A DNA stretch of 35,222 nucleotides from positions 124,001-159,222 of IMG/VR virus record IMGVR_UViG_2724679563_000003; one strand, given 5' to 3'. The notes beneath the pieces are model-generated. The model was not told where the DNA came from and searched no databases. It worked only from the letters and a program-made list of their open reading frames with translations. Source of the stretch: an uncultured virus (IMG/VR IMGVR_UViG_2724679563_000003) (lineage: Duplodnaviria; Heunggongvirae; Uroviricota; Caudoviricetes). The first letter of the stretch is position 1, and every line of letters begins with the position of its first letter. A program made the position numbers and the translations under genes. Positions 34,716 through 35,222 of the stretch are shown in pieces.

Positions 34716-35222
34716 TTAAAAATAGCAACAAATTTTAAAATTGTTTTCTTTGTTGCTATCATATTTTTTATTCGTTTTATCATTAAATTTAATTATTTTT
34801 TCATCTTCCTTTAATCTATTAATATTTTTTAAAACTGTTTTATAATCTTTTTTATTTGATAAAGTTAGCAAATATTCATAAGTCTTTATAGATTGTTCTT
34901 TATTGCCTAAGTTCTTATAAATTTCAGCTAATAATTCTAGCATTTTTTTATACTCGAAGTTATATTTATCTCTCTCATCAATAAGAATATATCTAAAAGA
35001 TTTTAGACACAGTAATAATGCATTTTTAAAATTCTTTTGAGAAAGCAATATCTTAACTTTGTAATAATAATAATAAAGAATCATTTGATCCCGTTCTAGT
35101 ATATATATTTGCTTATCTATTAATATTGCTTTATACAAATTTTTTAAATTTTCATTACATTTTTCATACTCCCCCTTATGGTATGTATCTCTTATATTAT
35201 TTTTTAATATAATGTATATCAT
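34716..35222 (-). CDS. TPR-like helical protein, possibly N-terminally truncated by the window
   Basis: KNFKNALLLCLKS and LAEIYKNLGNKEQSIKTYEYLL resemble TPR helices; frame open to window edge. Confidence 0.55.
   Translation of the reverse strand: MIYIILKNNIRDTYHKGEYEKCNENLKNLYKAILIDKQIYILERDQMILYYYYYKVKILLSQKNFKNALLLCLKSFRYILIDERDKYNFEYKKMLELLAEIYKNLGNKEQSIKTYEYLLTLSNKKDYKTVLKNINRLKEDEKIIKFNDKTNKKYDSNKENNFKICCYF

Noticed and set aside
34217..35222. Arbitrium aimR-aimP-aimX locus
   Set aside because: No short signal-peptide ORF downstream of the TPR-like gene within the window.
1..35222. tRNA, rRNA, IS elements, reverse transcriptase/DGR
   Set aside because: No cloverleaf-like GC-rich segments, transposase motifs or RT motifs seen.

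Overview
Very AT-rich segment of a large temperate element, probably from a low-GC Firmicute such as Clostridium (inferred from composition, SD/sigma-A signals and protein families). Every credible gene (~55) is on the minus strand; the plus-strand ORFs in the track are antisense shadows. The content resembles the early/replication region of an SPbeta-like phage: a YopQ-like DGQHR/DndB-fold protein paired with a YopR/MrpR-like degenerate tyrosine-recombinase repressor, an ATP-dependent DNA ligase, and a YorF/YorG(Sak4-like)/YorH-like block. It also has a plasmid-type Rep gene with five 21-bp iterons and DnaA boxes, so it is probably a phage-plasmid. The long accessory region carries many small genes plus RtcB, a DUF4942 methyltransferase, an intact XerC/D-like recombinase, a DEDDh exonuclease, a stand-alone DUF262 protein, a candidate R-S-E ADP-ribosyltransferase, an HD hydrolase and a free-standing endonuclease. 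The most unexpected signals are non-coding, three families of recurring intergenic sites: (A) 28-bp 11-6-11 dif-like sites, most overlapping the stop codons of tiny genes, including four consecutive ones forming a cassette-like array at 8141-8966; (B) 16 ATAAA-N8-TTTAW sites at gene boundaries; (C) 18 co-oriented AAATTRTTTTA boxes, several inside or next to sigma-A promoters. All family assignments are from motif recognition by eye; no searches were run.
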